A stretch of DNA of 64,000 nucleotides from Candidatus Eiseniibacteriota bacterium (lineage in GTDB: Bacteria; Eisenbacteria; RBG-16-71-46; CAVPCR01), in contig CAVPCR010000001.1 in the NCBI GenBank assembly GCA_963702435.1, positions 96,001 through 160,000 of the forward strand, read 5' to 3'. The translations under genes and the position numbers were made by a program. The notes beneath the pieces were generated by a model. It had not been told where the DNA came from. It did not search any database and saw only the letters and a program-made list of their open reading frames with translations. Shown piece by piece: positions 29,606 to 39,303 of this stretch; position 1 is the first letter of the stretch; the number at the start of each line of letters is the position of its first letter.

Positions 29606-31626
29606 CGCGCGCCGTCGTTCACCGGGGCCGGGGTCCGCACCGGGGCCGGGGTCGGCTCCGGCGGCAGACCGAGGTGGGTGGCGAGGAAGCGGGCCACCGC
29701 GCCGTACACCTCGCGCCGGTTCTCCTGCTGCGCGACCCCATGTCCCTCGTCGTCGAGGCGCAGGAACTCGACCGGCTGCCCGCGCGCCTGGAGGGCGGCC
29801 ACGATCTGCTCCGCCTCCGCCACCGGCACGCGCGGATCGTTGGCGCCGTGGAGGACGAGGAGCGGGGCGCGGATCCTCTCCACGCGATGGATGGGCGAGA
29901 GCCGCGCGAGGAGCTCGCGATCCGCGACCAGCGAGCCGTACTCGGCCTCGCGATTCTCCCGGCGGTAGGGCGCCGTCTGCTCGAGGAAGGTCACGAAGTT
30001 CGCGATCCCCACCTGGTCGACGCCGGCGGCGAAGCGCTCCGGGTAGAGCGTGAGCGCCGCGAGCACCATGTATCCGCCATAGCTCGAGCCATAGATCGCG
30101 ACCCGCGTCGAATCGATCTCGCCGCGCCCGGCGAGCCACGCGACGCCGCGCTCGAGATCGGTCACCGAGTCCTCGCGCCGCTCGCGATCGTCGAGCCGGC
30201 GGAACTCGCGCCCGAACCCGCTCGATCCGCGCACGTTCGGCAGGAACACGGCACAGCCGCGCGTGACGAAGAGCTGCGAGAGGAGGCTGAATCCCGGGCG
30301 CGACTGCCCGGTCGGCCCGCCGTGGGCGATGACGAGGCACGGCGGCGGCGGCGCGCCGGCCGCGCGCGGCGGCTGGTAGAGGAGGCCCGAGATCGTGCGG
30401 CCATCGAACGACGGATAGCGGACGACGGTCGGATCGACGAAGACCTCGGGCTTGACGTCGCCGAGGAAGGGTGTGGTGACCTGGATGAGCTCGCGCCGCA
30501 CGCGATCCCAGACGTAGACCGTGCCTGGGCTCCGGCTCGAGGACAGGGTCACCGCGAGCCGCTCGCCGCCCGGAGTCCAGTCGAGTCCGAGGATGACGCC
30601 GACCGGGAGCGGCGGCGCCGGCTCGAGCTCCGGCGCCTCGCCGGCGAGAAGGTCGAGAAGCACGAGCTCGGAGAGACCATCCACGTTCAGGACGAGGGCG
30701 AGGTGGCGGCCGTCCCGCGAGACCGTGAGCGCCTCCGCATCCATGCGGTCCTGGCGCACGAAGCGGAGCTCGCGCGCCACGAGGTCGAGCCGCGCGAGCG
30801 TCATCACGTCGCGCCCGCGGTCGGTGAGGAGATAGATCGACTTCCCGTCGGCCGACCAGTGGGCCGCGGCCTGGCGGGCGGGCGGCGACGCGGCGGTGAG
30901 CGCCGACGCCTCCCCCGTCGCCACCTCGACGACGAAGAGCTGGTTGTGATCGGGCCCGAAGGTGCGCGTCACGAGGAGCTTCGTCCCGTCGGGCGAGAAG
31001 CGGCCCGCCGCATTGGTGCCGTTCTGCTCGAGGAGAAGGCGCGATTCGCCGGTCGTCAGATCGAGCAGGTAGATGTCGAAGAAGGCGGCATCCCGCCGGT
31101 TCGAGCGGTAGGCGATCGTCTTTCCGTCCGGGGAGAAGCTCCCGAACCCGTTGACGACCTGGTCGTCCGCGGTGAGACGCACGGGCGCGCCGCCCGCCGG
31201 ATCGAGGAGGAAGAGCTGGGTCCGCTCGGTGCCGAGGAGGTCCCGCTCGATGATCATGTGCTCGGCGCGGTGCGGCGACCAGGAGATCCCCTCGACCCGC
31301 TCGCCGAAGGAGGTGAGCTGCGCGGGCGCGCCGCCGGCGGCGGGCGCGACCCAGACCTCCGCCACCCCGGTCGTGCGGTCGAGGAAGGCGACCCGGCTCC
31401 CGTCGGGCGCGATCGAGGCGCCGTACTGCCCGCGGATCTCGAGGAACTGCTCGATCGTGGGCGGGGCCGCGGGCGTCGCGGCCGCGGGTACAGCGGCCAG
31501 CCCGGGGGCCGCGGGCGTCGCGGCCGCGGGTACAGCGGCCGGCCCGGGGGCCGCCCCCACCGCCGCCGCCAGGTGGACGGCGAGAACGAAGGCCCCCGCG
31601 GCCGCGGGCCCGCGCCGCCGTCTCAT
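29602..31626 (-). CDS. S9 family (prolyl oligopeptidase/acylaminoacyl) peptidase, secreted
   Basis: Beta-propeller SPDG repeats; HGGP, GSSYGG, HGANDPRV, DEGHG. Confidence 0.93.
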   Translation of the reverse strand: MRRRRGPAAAGAFVLAVHLAAAVGAAPGPAAVPAAATPAAPGLAAVPAAATPAAPPTIEQFLEIRGQYGASIAPDGSRVAFLDRTTGVAEVWVAPAAGGAPAQLTSFGERVEGISWSPHRAEHMIIERDLLGTERTQLFLLDPAGGAPVRLTADDQVVNGFGSFSPDGKTIAYRSNRRDAAFFDIYLLDLTTGESRLLLEQNGTNAAGRFSPDGTKLLVTRTFGPDHNQLFVVEVATGEASALTAASPPARQAAAHWSADGKSIYLLTDRGRDVMTLARLDLVARELRFVRQDRMDAEALTVSRDGRHLALVLNVDGLSELVLLDLLAGEAPELEPAPPLPVGVILGLDWTPGGERLAVTLSSSRSPGTVYVWDRVRRELIQVTTPFLGDVKPEVFVDPTVVRYPSFDGRTISGLLYQPPRAAGAPPPPCLVIAHGGPTGQSRPGFSLLSQLFVTRGCAVFLPNVRGSSGFGREFRRLDDRERREDSVTDLERGVAWLAGRGEIDSTRVAIYGSSYGGYMVLAALTLYPERFAAGVDQVGIANFVTFLEQTAPYRRENREAEYGSLVADRELLARLSPIHRVERIRAPLLVLHGANDPRVPVAEAEQIVAALQARGQPVEFLRLDDEGHGVAQQENRREVYGAVARFLATHLGLPPEPTPAPVRTPAPVNDGAR

Positions 31627-32777
31627 GCGCGCTCCTCCCGCTCCTCGATCGCGAGCCCCCGCGCCCTGAGCGCGGCCAGGAAAGGTTCGCCCGGCACCGC
31701 AAGTTCCTGCGGCACGGCCCCGCGCCCGGCGATCTCGCCGCGTCCGAGCATCTCGGCGATGATCGCCGCCGGGTAGCCCGTGGTTCGCATCATGGCGGTG
31801 TGCCCCGTCTCCTTGTGCGCGTGGTCGATGAGCTCGAAAACGTGCTTGAGCATGCGGCCGCCGTCCGGACCGCCGGCCTCGATGCGCACGAGGACGACGT
31901 CCTCGTCGGGATCGACGAGGCGCTCGGCGAGAAGCGCCTCGAGCACCTCGCGCGGCGCCACGGCGAGCTTCCGCTCCCAGGGATGGATCGGACGCGAATC
32001 CATGAAGCCCAGGTCCTTGAGGAAGCGCATGCGCTCGCAGTGGCCCGGATAGCGGATGGTCTTGTACTCGATCGTGCGGAGCCGCGGGCCGAGCGTGCGC
32101 GGGAGGGTCGAGGAGCCGCCCGAGGTGTGGAACGCTTCGAGCGGTCCGAAGCCGGGGAAGGTGACGCGCTCGACCTCGGTGAGCGACTCGACCTCGACGA
32201 CCTTGCCGTCGCGCACGACACGGGACGGCTCGACGTACTCGTTGATGAGGCCTTCGGGGGCGAAGACCAGCTTGTAGTCGAGCGGCGGCTTGGGGCGGAG
32301 CGGCAATCCGCCGACGCGGATCAGGAGCGACTCGGGCGCCGGGTGCCGCGCCACGGCGAGCGCCCCGAGCACGGTCGCCATCCCGGGCGCGAGGCCGCAG
32401 TCGGGGATGATCGTGACCCCGGCCGCTTTCGCCTCGGCGTCGAGCGCGAGCTCGGCGTCGACCACCGCGTTGTTGCCGCCGAGGTCGCAGAAGTGGGCGC
32501 CGCCCGCGATCGCGGCCCGGGCGAGACCCAGGTTGAACCCGTAGTAGGTCGCGGAGACGAGGACATCCACCTCGCGGGCGAGCGCCGTCACCGCCGGCAT
32601 GCTGCCCGCGTCGAGCGACCGCGCCTCGGTGCGCCCGCTCCGGTCGACATCCGCGACCCGCCGGGCCCGCCGGAGGTCGAGATCGGCGACGACGATCTTC
32701 TCGACGTCCGGCTGCGCTGCGAAATCGTATGCGATCGCCGTGCCCTGCAGGCCGGCGCCGATCAGGCCTAGCTTCAT
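31623..32777 (-). CDS. Saccharopine/lysine dehydrogenase family protein
   Basis: GAGLQG, CDLGGN, DCGLAPG, GLINEY, YKTIRYPGH, MMRTTGYP. Confidence 0.9.
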   Translation of the reverse strand: MKLGLIGAGLQGTAIAYDFAAQPDVEKIVVADLDLRRARRVADVDRSGRTEARSLDAGSMPAVTALAREVDVLVSATYYGFNLGLARAAIAGGAHFCDLGGNNAVVDAELALDAEAKAAGVTIIPDCGLAPGMATVLGALAVARHPAPESLLIRVGGLPLRPKPPLDYKLVFAPEGLINEYVEPSRVVRDGKVVEVESLTEVERVTFPGFGPLEAFHTSGGSSTLPRTLGPRLRTIEYKTIRYPGHCERMRFLKDLGFMDSRPIHPWERKLAVAPREVLEALLAERLVDPDEDVVLVRIEAGGPDGGRMLKHVFELIDHAHKETGHTAMMRTTGYPAAIIAEMLGRGEIAGRGAVPQELAVPGEPFLAALRARGLAIEEREERA

Positions 32778-32991
32778 CGCCCCCTCCCCGTTCGACCTCG
32801 TGTCCCTTCCCTGGTACGACCCGGGTCCGCCGGCGCCGCGGCCGGCCGGCGACCGGTGGGAGCGCATTCTACTCTGCCGCGGCGCGGGACAAAAGCGCGG
32901 GGGGCGCCCGCCTCACGGCAGACGCCCCCCGGGACGAGGCTTGCGCCGAGCGGGCCGCCAGCGGGCCCGCTCGCGCGCTCGGCTCACCCTG

Positions 32992-35900
32992 TCACTTCAT
33001 CAGCACCATCTTGTTCTGGAGCACCTTCGAACCGAGCTCGAGGCGATAGAGATAGACGCCCGAGCCGACCGCGCTGCCGCGGTCGTCCGTGCCGTTCCAC
33101 TCGATCGCATGGTCGCCGGCGGCGAGATCGCCGTCGACGAGGGTGCGCACGAGCTGGCCCTGCGCGTCGTAGATGCGCAGCGCCGCCCGCATGCCCTCGG
33201 GCAGGCCGAAGGTGATGACCGTCGCTGGGTTGAACGGATTCGGCCGGTTCTGGCCGAGCACCACCGTCGCCGGCAGCGTGCGCTCGACCGTGACCTCGAG
33301 CGGACCGAAGGTCTGCGTCGAGCCGTCGATGTCGAGGGCCACGAGCCGGTAGCTGTACGTCGCCCCACCCTGCGCGGTGCGGTCGGTGTACGAGTACGCG
33401 CCCGGGGTGTCGCCGTTCGCCGTGATCAACTGCTCGTTGACCCGGGCGAAGCTCGAGCTGCCGCTCGCGGCGCGCTCGATGTTGAACCCGGCGTTCCCCT
33501 GCTCCGACGCCGTGCGCCAGGTCAGGGTGACCGTGCCGTTCTCGCTCGCCGCGGTGAACGACGCGATCTCGACCGCCGACGGCGGGATCACCTCGCAGGT
33601 GGTCGTGCAGCAGCTCTGGAGGCTGTCGTCATCGGTCACGCAGAGCGTCACCGTGAAGGTGCCCGGAGCGGCGTAGGCGTGGGTCGGCTGGGCGCCGGTG
33701 GCCGTGCCGCCGTCGCCGAAGTTCCACGCGTAGAGGACGATCGTGCCGTCGGGATCGGACGATCCGGTCCCGTCGAACTGGATCGGCGCGTTGACGTCAC
33801 CCTGATACGGACCGCCGGCGTCGCAGACCGGCGGCAGGTTCGCCACCTCGATCGTCGCCGTGGTCGTGCAGCAGCTACGGGCGCCGTCGTCATCGGTCAC
33901 GCACAGGGTGACCGTGTAGTTGCCGGCGCTCGCGTAGGTGTGGCTCGGGGTCGGGCCGGTGGCCGTCCCGCCGTCGCCGAAGTTCCACTCGTAGAGGACG
34001 ATCGTGCCGTCCGGGTCGTTCGAACCGGTGCCGTCGAAGGCCACCGGCTGACCGGCGATGCCCGCGTACGGACCACCCGCATCGCAGACCGGCGGCTGGT
34101 TCGCGGACTGGATGGTCGCGGGCGTCTCGCAGCAGCTCTGCGCACCCTGGTTGTCGACGACGCAGAGCGTCACGATGTAGGTGCCGGCGTTCGCGTAGGT
34201 GTGGCTCGGCGTCGGGCCGGTGCCCGTGCCGCCGTCCCCGAAGTTCCACGCGTACGAGACGATCGTGCCGTCCGGATCGTTCGAGCCGGTGCCGTCGAAG
34301 GCCACCGCCTGACCGGCGATGCCCGAGTACGGACCGCCGGCGTCGCAGATCGGCGGGATGTTCTGGGCACCGATGTTGGCCTGCGTCTCGCAGCAACTCC
34401 GCCCGTTCGCATTATCGGTGACGCAGAGCGTCACGATGTAGCTGCCCGGGCTCGCATAGGCATGGCTCGGGGTCGGGCCCGAGCCCGTGTTGCCGTCCCC
34501 GAAGTTCCACGCGTAGGAGACGATCGTGCCGTCCGGATCGCTCGAACCGGTGCCGTCGAAGGCGATCGCCTGGTTGACGAGGCCGGAGTACGGGCCGCCC
34601 GCGTCGCACACGGGAAGCACGTTGATCGTGGCCGTGGTCTCGCAGGTCGAGGTGGCACCGTCGTTGTCGGTCACGATGAGGGTCACGACGAAGACGCCGC
34701 CCGCCGCGTAGGTATGGCTCGGGGTCGGGCCGGAACCCGTCCCGCCGTCCCCGAAGGTCCACGCGTAGGAGACGATCGTGCCGTCCGGATCGCTCGATCC
34801 CGAGCCGTTGAAGGCGACCGCCTGGCCGGCCGTGCCCGTGTACGGACCGCCCGCGTTGCAGACCGGCGCGACGTTGATGTCGGCCGTCGTCTCGCAGGTC
34901 GAGGTGGCGCCGTCGTTGTCGGTCACCGTGAGGGTCACGACGAAGACGCCGCCCGTCGCGTAGGTATGGCTCGGGGTCGGGCCCGTGCCCGTGCCGCCGT
35001 CGCCGAAGGTCCACGCGTACGAGACGATCGTGCCGTCCGGATCGCTCGAGCCCGAGCCGTTGAAGGCGACCGGCACGCCGACCGTGCCCGTATACGGACC
35101 GCCCGCGTTGCAGATCGGCCGCGCGTTGATGTCAGCCGTCGTCTGGCAGGTGGAGCTCGCGCCGCGGTTGTCGGTCACGGTGAGGCCCACCGTGAAGACG
35201 CCGCCCGTCGCGTAGGTGTGGCTCGGGGTCGGGCCCGTGCCGGTGCCGCCGTCGCCGAAGGTCCACGCGTACGAGACGATCGTCCCGTCCGGGTCGCTCG
35301 AGCCCGTGCCGTTGAAGGCGACCGGCACGCCGACCGTGCCCGTGTACGGACCGCCCGCGTTGCAGACCGGCAGCCTGTTGATGTCCGCCGTCGTCTGGCA
35401 GTTCGAGCTCGCACCGTTGTTGTCGGTCACGATGAGCGTCACCGTGAACACTCCGCCCGTCGTGTAGGTATGGCTCGGCGTCGCGCCCGTGCCCGTGCCG
35501 CCGTCGCCGAAGGTCCACGCGTAGGAGACGATCGTCCCGTCCGGGTCAGAGGAGCCTGTGCCGTTGAAGGCGACCGGCTGGCCGACGTTCCCCGTGTAGG
35601 GGCCGCTCGGGTTGCAGATCGGGAAGCGGTTCACGTCCACCGAGGTATCGCAGGTGGAGGTCTCGCCGCAGGCATCCGTCACCGCGAGGGACACGGAGAA
35701 GTTGCCACCCGACGTGTAGGTGTGGGTCGGATTCGGGCCGCTCCCCGTTGCACCATCACCGAACGTCCAGGCATAGGTGAGCACATCGCCGTCAGGATCA
35801 GAGGATCCCGCGCTGCTGAAGGAGATCGGCTGCCCGACGTTCCCCTGGTAGGGGCCGTTCACGTTGCAGATGGGATCCCGGTTGCCCGAGCCTCTGAGCG

Positions 35901-36354
35901 CCACGAGGCGCGGGTTCGGAGGCAGCACCGGAGCTCCGGCAGTGATCGTCAGAGTGCCATCCAGCAGTGCATCACCAGGTGAGTTTGGGCAGAAGCGGAT
36001 CGTGATCGCCACCTGCGAACCGTTCCCTGGAATCTGGAGCGGGAGCGGCGGCGGGTTTAAGACGGTGAACGCGCCCGGTGCAGTCTGGAGGTTCGTGATC
36101 GTCAAGATGCTCGTTGGGTCGCTCACGTCGTTGAAGAGATTGATGACCCGGTCGGCGCACTGGCCGAGGCAGACTGTCCCGAAGTCGAGACCATCGGGAG
36201 TGACGCCGATCTTGGGCGTCAGCGCCAGGATGCCGCTGTCGTCGCCGGTACCGATGCCCTGCGCGGAAGCGAGCGGCGCATCCGCCGCCAGCGCGCTCGT
36301 GGCGAAGAGCCCGAGGCTCAGGACCGCAAGCCACGATATCCAGAACTTCTTCAT
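32992..36354 (-). CDS. Secreted surface protein: Ig-like N-terminus, nine PKD repeats, FlgD/T9SS-like CTD
   Basis: Nine copies of PxCxxGGPY...SSDPDG...W[TN]FGDG...HTY; QNRPNPFNP C-terminal domain. Confidence 0.92.
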   Translation of the reverse strand: MKKFWISWLAVLSLGLFATSALAADAPLASAQGIGTGDDSGILALTPKIGVTPDGLDFGTVCLGQCADRVINLFNDVSDPTSILTITNLQTAPGAFTVLNPPPLPLQIPGNGSQVAITIRFCPNSPGDALLDGTLTITAGAPVLPPNPRLVALRGSGNRDPICNVNGPYQGNVGQPISFSSAGSSDPDGDVLTYAWTFGDGATGSGPNPTHTYTSGGNFSVSLAVTDACGETSTCDTSVDVNRFPICNPSGPYTGNVGQPVAFNGTGSSDPDGTIVSYAWTFGDGGTGTGATPSHTYTTGGVFTVTLIVTDNNGASSNCQTTADINRLPVCNAGGPYTGTVGVPVAFNGTGSSDPDGTIVSYAWTFGDGGTGTGPTPSHTYATGGVFTVGLTVTDNRGASSTCQTTADINARPICNAGGPYTGTVGVPVAFNGSGSSDPDGTIVSYAWTFGDGGTGTGPTPSHTYATGGVFVVTLTVTDNDGATSTCETTADINVAPVCNAGGPYTGTAGQAVAFNGSGSSDPDGTIVSYAWTFGDGGTGSGPTPSHTYAAGGVFVVTLIVTDNDGATSTCETTATINVLPVCDAGGPYSGLVNQAIAFDGTGSSDPDGTIVSYAWNFGDGNTGSGPTPSHAYASPGSYIVTLCVTDNANGRSCCETQANIGAQNIPPICDAGGPYSGIAGQAVAFDGTGSNDPDGTIVSYAWNFGDGGTGTGPTPSHTYANAGTYIVTLCVVDNQGAQSCCETPATIQSANQPPVCDAGGPYAGIAGQPVAFDGTGSNDPDGTIVLYEWNFGDGGTATGPTPSHTYASAGNYTVTLCVTDDDGARSCCTTTATIEVANLPPVCDAGGPYQGDVNAPIQFDGTGSSDPDGTIVLYAWNFGDGGTATGAQPTHAYAAPGTFTVTLCVTDDDSLQSCCTTTCEVIPPSAVEIASFTAASENGTVTLTWRTASEQGNAGFNIERAASGSSSFARVNEQLITANGDTPGAYSYTDRTAQGGATYSYRLVALDIDGSTQTFGPLEVTVERTLPATVVLGQNRPNPFNPATVITFGLPEGMRAALRIYDAQGQLVRTLVDGDLAAGDHAIEWNGTDDRGSAVGSGVYLYRLELGSKVLQNKMVLMK

Positions 36355-36602
36355 GATGCCTCCCAGGCTGATCGATCGAGAGTTGGTGAGACGTGAGATC
36401 CAGGCAGGGCCACTCGAGGCCGGAGCGGGGACTCACCGCGTGAATGCGGCCGTGATGGACGCGCCAGTGGCGAGAGCATGCCGGCCGGGTTCCAAGATGC
36501 ACGAGCGCCCCCCGCTCCTTGTGGACGGGTCGAGGCAACGCTCACCCAATGAAGCTCCCGGCTCGAGGCCGGGATCGCCCCCGCCGCCGAGCAGGAATGG
36601 CC

Positions 36603-36631
36603 ATCATAGCAGATAAGCGACGTGAATGCAA
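36603..36631 (-). promoter_or_regulatory. Putative sigma70 promoter of the PKD gene
   Basis: TTGCAT-17 bp-TATGAT with extended -10 TG, in an AT-rich patch. Confidence 0.55.
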
Positions 36632-36736
36632 TGGGTTATTGTGCAAGAACGGGGTCCGCAGGTCCCCGGGCGCGGGCCCCCATTCCCGGTCCGCCGGGCC
36701 GCAGGTCCGCAGGTCCCCGGGCGCGGGGCGCGCAGC

Positions 36737-37726
36737 TCAAGCGTGCAGCTCGACCACGTCCCCGTCGGCCAGCGGATGGTCCCGGTGGACGGTCTGGCCG
36801 TCGAAGGTGTGCGAGCCCCAGACGCGAGCGAAGCGGAGGTGGGCGACGAGGTCGCGGTGGATGTTGAGCGCGAAGTCGGCGACCGTCGCCCCCTGCCTGA
36901 GCACGAAGGGCCGCTCCCGGTCCGCGGGCTTGCCCGGCTCCTTGGCGTAGACGCGGATCACGCCGAGGAGCGTGAAGAGCTCGCGCCCGAGCTCGGCGAG
37001 CCCTCTCCGCTCGACGGCGGAGACCGGGCGGACGGGGAGCCGGCCGGCGAGGAACTCGCCGAGGAGGGCGAGCCCCACCTCGGCGTCCGCGAGCTCGGCG
37101 CGGTTCGCAGCGACGAGCGTCCGGACCGCCACCACCGCGTGATCGTCGAAGGACGCCGCCGCATCGGGCGCGACGAGCTGGACGCGCGACTGCGCGAGGC
37201 GGGCGAGCGTGAACTCGACCTGCTCGAGGAGCGTAGGCTCGGCCAGGTCGACGACGAGGAGGGCGAGATCGGCGCTCCGCACGAGCCCCGGCAGCCACGG
37301 CGGCGTGTGCTCGGCGGCGATCGGCGGCGTGTCCACGAGCTGGATCATCACATCCTCGAAGGGCATCATGCCCGGCTGCGGGACGTGCGTCGTGAACGGA
37401 TAGGCGGCGACCGCCGGCTCGGCGCGGGTGAGGGCGGCGAGGAGCGATGACTTCCCGGCGTTCGGAGGCCCGATCAGGACGACCTGCCCGGCGCCCTCGC
37501 GCGCGACGTGGTCGAAGGTCGTGCGCTTCGCGCCGCCCGGCCCCTCGCGCTGGTGGGCGAGCTTCGCGATCCGCTGCTTGAGATCCGCCTGCAGCTTCTC
37601 GGTGCCCTTGTGCTTGGGCATGACCGCGAGCATCTCGCGGAGGGCGGCGAGCTTCTCATCGGGATCGGTCGCCGCCCGGTAGCGCTCCTCGGCGGCGCGG
37701 TACTGCGGGGTCAAGTTGGCCGGCAT
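36737..37726 (-). CDS. DRG/Rbg-like GTPase with TGS domain
   Basis: [38 protein letters not shown]...[17 protein letters not shown]. Confidence 0.88.
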   Translation of the reverse strand: MPANLTPQYRAAEERYRAATDPDEKLAALREMLAVMPKHKGTEKLQADLKQRIAKLAHQREGPGGAKRTTFDHVAREGAGQVVLIGPPNAGKSSLLAALTRAEPAVAAYPFTTHVPQPGMMPFEDVMIQLVDTPPIAAEHTPPWLPGLVRSADLALLVVDLAEPTLLEQVEFTLARLAQSRVQLVAPDAAASFDDHAVVAVRTLVAANRAELADAEVGLALLGEFLAGRLPVRPVSAVERRGLAELGRELFTLLGVIRVYAKEPGKPADRERPFVLRQGATVADFALNIHRDLVAHLRFARVWGSHTFDGQTVHRDHPLADGDVVELHA

Positions 37727-37905
37727 GCGCGAGCTCCTCGGCTTCCTGCTCCCCTAGCATAAAGCCTCCCGGGGAGGCTTGCAGAACCCGCCCGCCTGCG
37801 ATTCAATCCTCGATCCGCGCGGCCGGCGGGGTCGCGCGGTCCGCGCGCCGCCCGCGCACCGGCCCGCGGCACCCGCCGGCGGCGCCGCCGAACCCCGGAG
37901 AACGC

Positions 37906-39177
37906 ATGCGTTCGAAATCGCTCCTCATCATCTTCTTCACCGTCTTCCTCGACCTCCTCGGGTTCGGGATCATCATCCCGATCCTCCCCTACTACGCCGA
38001 GCGCTTCGGGGCCTCTCCCGCCGTCATCACGCTCCTCATGGCGTCGTACTCGCTCATGCAGTTCCTCTTCGCCCCGGTCTGGGGACGCCTCTCCGACCGC
38101 CTCGGCCGCCGCCCGATCATCCTCCTGAGCCTCGCGGTGTCAACCGGCGGATACGTCCTCCTCGGCTTCGCGAACTCGCTCACCCTCGTCTTCGTCGCGC
38201 GCATCCTGGCCGGCATCGGCAACGCCAACATCCCGACCGCCCAGGCCTACGTCGCCGATGTGACGAAACCCGAGGAGCGCGCGCGCGGCATGGGCCTCGT
38301 CGGCATGGCCTTCGGACTCGGTTTCGTGTTCGGACCGGCGCTCGGCGGGCTCCTCGGTGGCATCGCGATCCATCTCCCGGCCTTCGCCGCCGCCGCGCTC
38401 ACCGCGCTCGATCTGCTCCTCGCCGTGTTCATCCTCCGCGAGCCCAGGGAACGCAGCGTGAACCCGGCCGGCCCGCGCGGACTCGGCGCCAACATGCGCG
38501 CGTTCGTCCTCGCGCTCGAGCGGCCGAACATGGCGATCCTGTTCACTCTCTTCTTCCTCTCGACGTTCGCCTTCGCCCAGCTCGAGTCCACCTTCTCGCT
38601 CTACATCGAGCACCGCTTCACGCTCAACCAGTCCATGATCGGCCCGCCGGCGCCGGTCGTGATCTCGGCGCCGCACGACGGCGACACCCAGCGCGCCGCG
38701 GCACGCGCCACCGGGGCGGCGCTGTTCGTGGTCGGCATCGTGTCGGCGGCCGTGCAGGGCGGGCTCATCGGCCGGCTCGCCCGGCGCTTCGGCGAGGAAC
38801 CGCTCGTGCGCACGGGCCTCATCCTCCTCGCCGTGGGCCTCGCCATCTTCCCGCTCGCGCCGACCCTCACGCTCCTCTATCCGGCATGCGTGGTGATCGC
38901 CGCGGGGAGCGGCATCCTCGGCCCGTCGCTCCAATCGCTCCTCTCGCGCCATGCGCCGGCCGACGAGCAGGGCGGGACGCTCGGCCTCGGCCAGTCGCTG
39001 TCGAGCCTCGCGCGCGTGCTCGGGCCGCTCCTCGGCGGCATCCTCTTCGAGCGCGTCGGGCTCGGCGCTCCCTACTGGATCGGCGCGCTGCTCATGCTCG
39101 CCGCCGCTGCCTTCACCCTCCGCCTGCGTCCGGCACCGGGCGTGCCCGGGAGCGGGCGTGGAATGATGCACGGGTGA
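37906..39177 (+). CDS. MFS efflux transporter (TetA/DHA1-like)
   Basis: DLLGFGIIIPILP, GRLSDRLGRRP motif A, GFVFGPALGG motif C. Confidence 0.93.
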   Translation: MRSKSLLIIFFTVFLDLLGFGIIIPILPYYAERFGASPAVITLLMASYSLMQFLFAPVWGRLSDRLGRRPIILLSLAVSTGGYVLLGFANSLTLVFVARILAGIGNANIPTAQAYVADVTKPEERARGMGLVGMAFGLGFVFGPALGGLLGGIAIHLPAFAAAALTALDLLLAVFILREPRERSVNPAGPRGLGANMRAFVLALERPNMAILFTLFFLSTFAFAQLESTFSLYIEHRFTLNQSMIGPPAPVVISAPHDGDTQRAAARATGAALFVVGIVSAAVQGGLIGRLARRFGEEPLVRTGLILLAVGLAIFPLAPTLTLLYPACVVIAAGSGILGPSLQSLLSRHAPADEQGGTLGLGQSLSSLARVLGPLLGGILFERVGLGAPYWIGALLMLAAAAFTLRLRPAPGVPGSGRGMMHG

Positions 39178-39303
39178 CCGGGCGGAGACGACGCGGGCAA
39201 GACGACGCGGGCGGCAGCGCAGACGACGCGGGCGGCGGCCGGAATCGTCGCTCCGACCGCCGCCCGCTGATCGCGGCAGGGGATGCCGCCGTTTCGTCCG
39301 ACC

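Noticed and set aside
33600..35900. Regular ~250 bp DNA repeats as a CRISPR or non-coding array
   Set aside because: They encode the PKD domains; there is no repeat-spacer structure and no cas genes.
32599..35982. 1127 aa plus-strand ORF and other long antisense ORFs (e.g. 231-1694, 9778-11967, 15622-17637, 29674-31776, 41965-45192)
   Set aside because: Shadow or alternate-frame ORFs of real genes, expected at very high GC; Arg/Ala/Pro-rich with no motifs.
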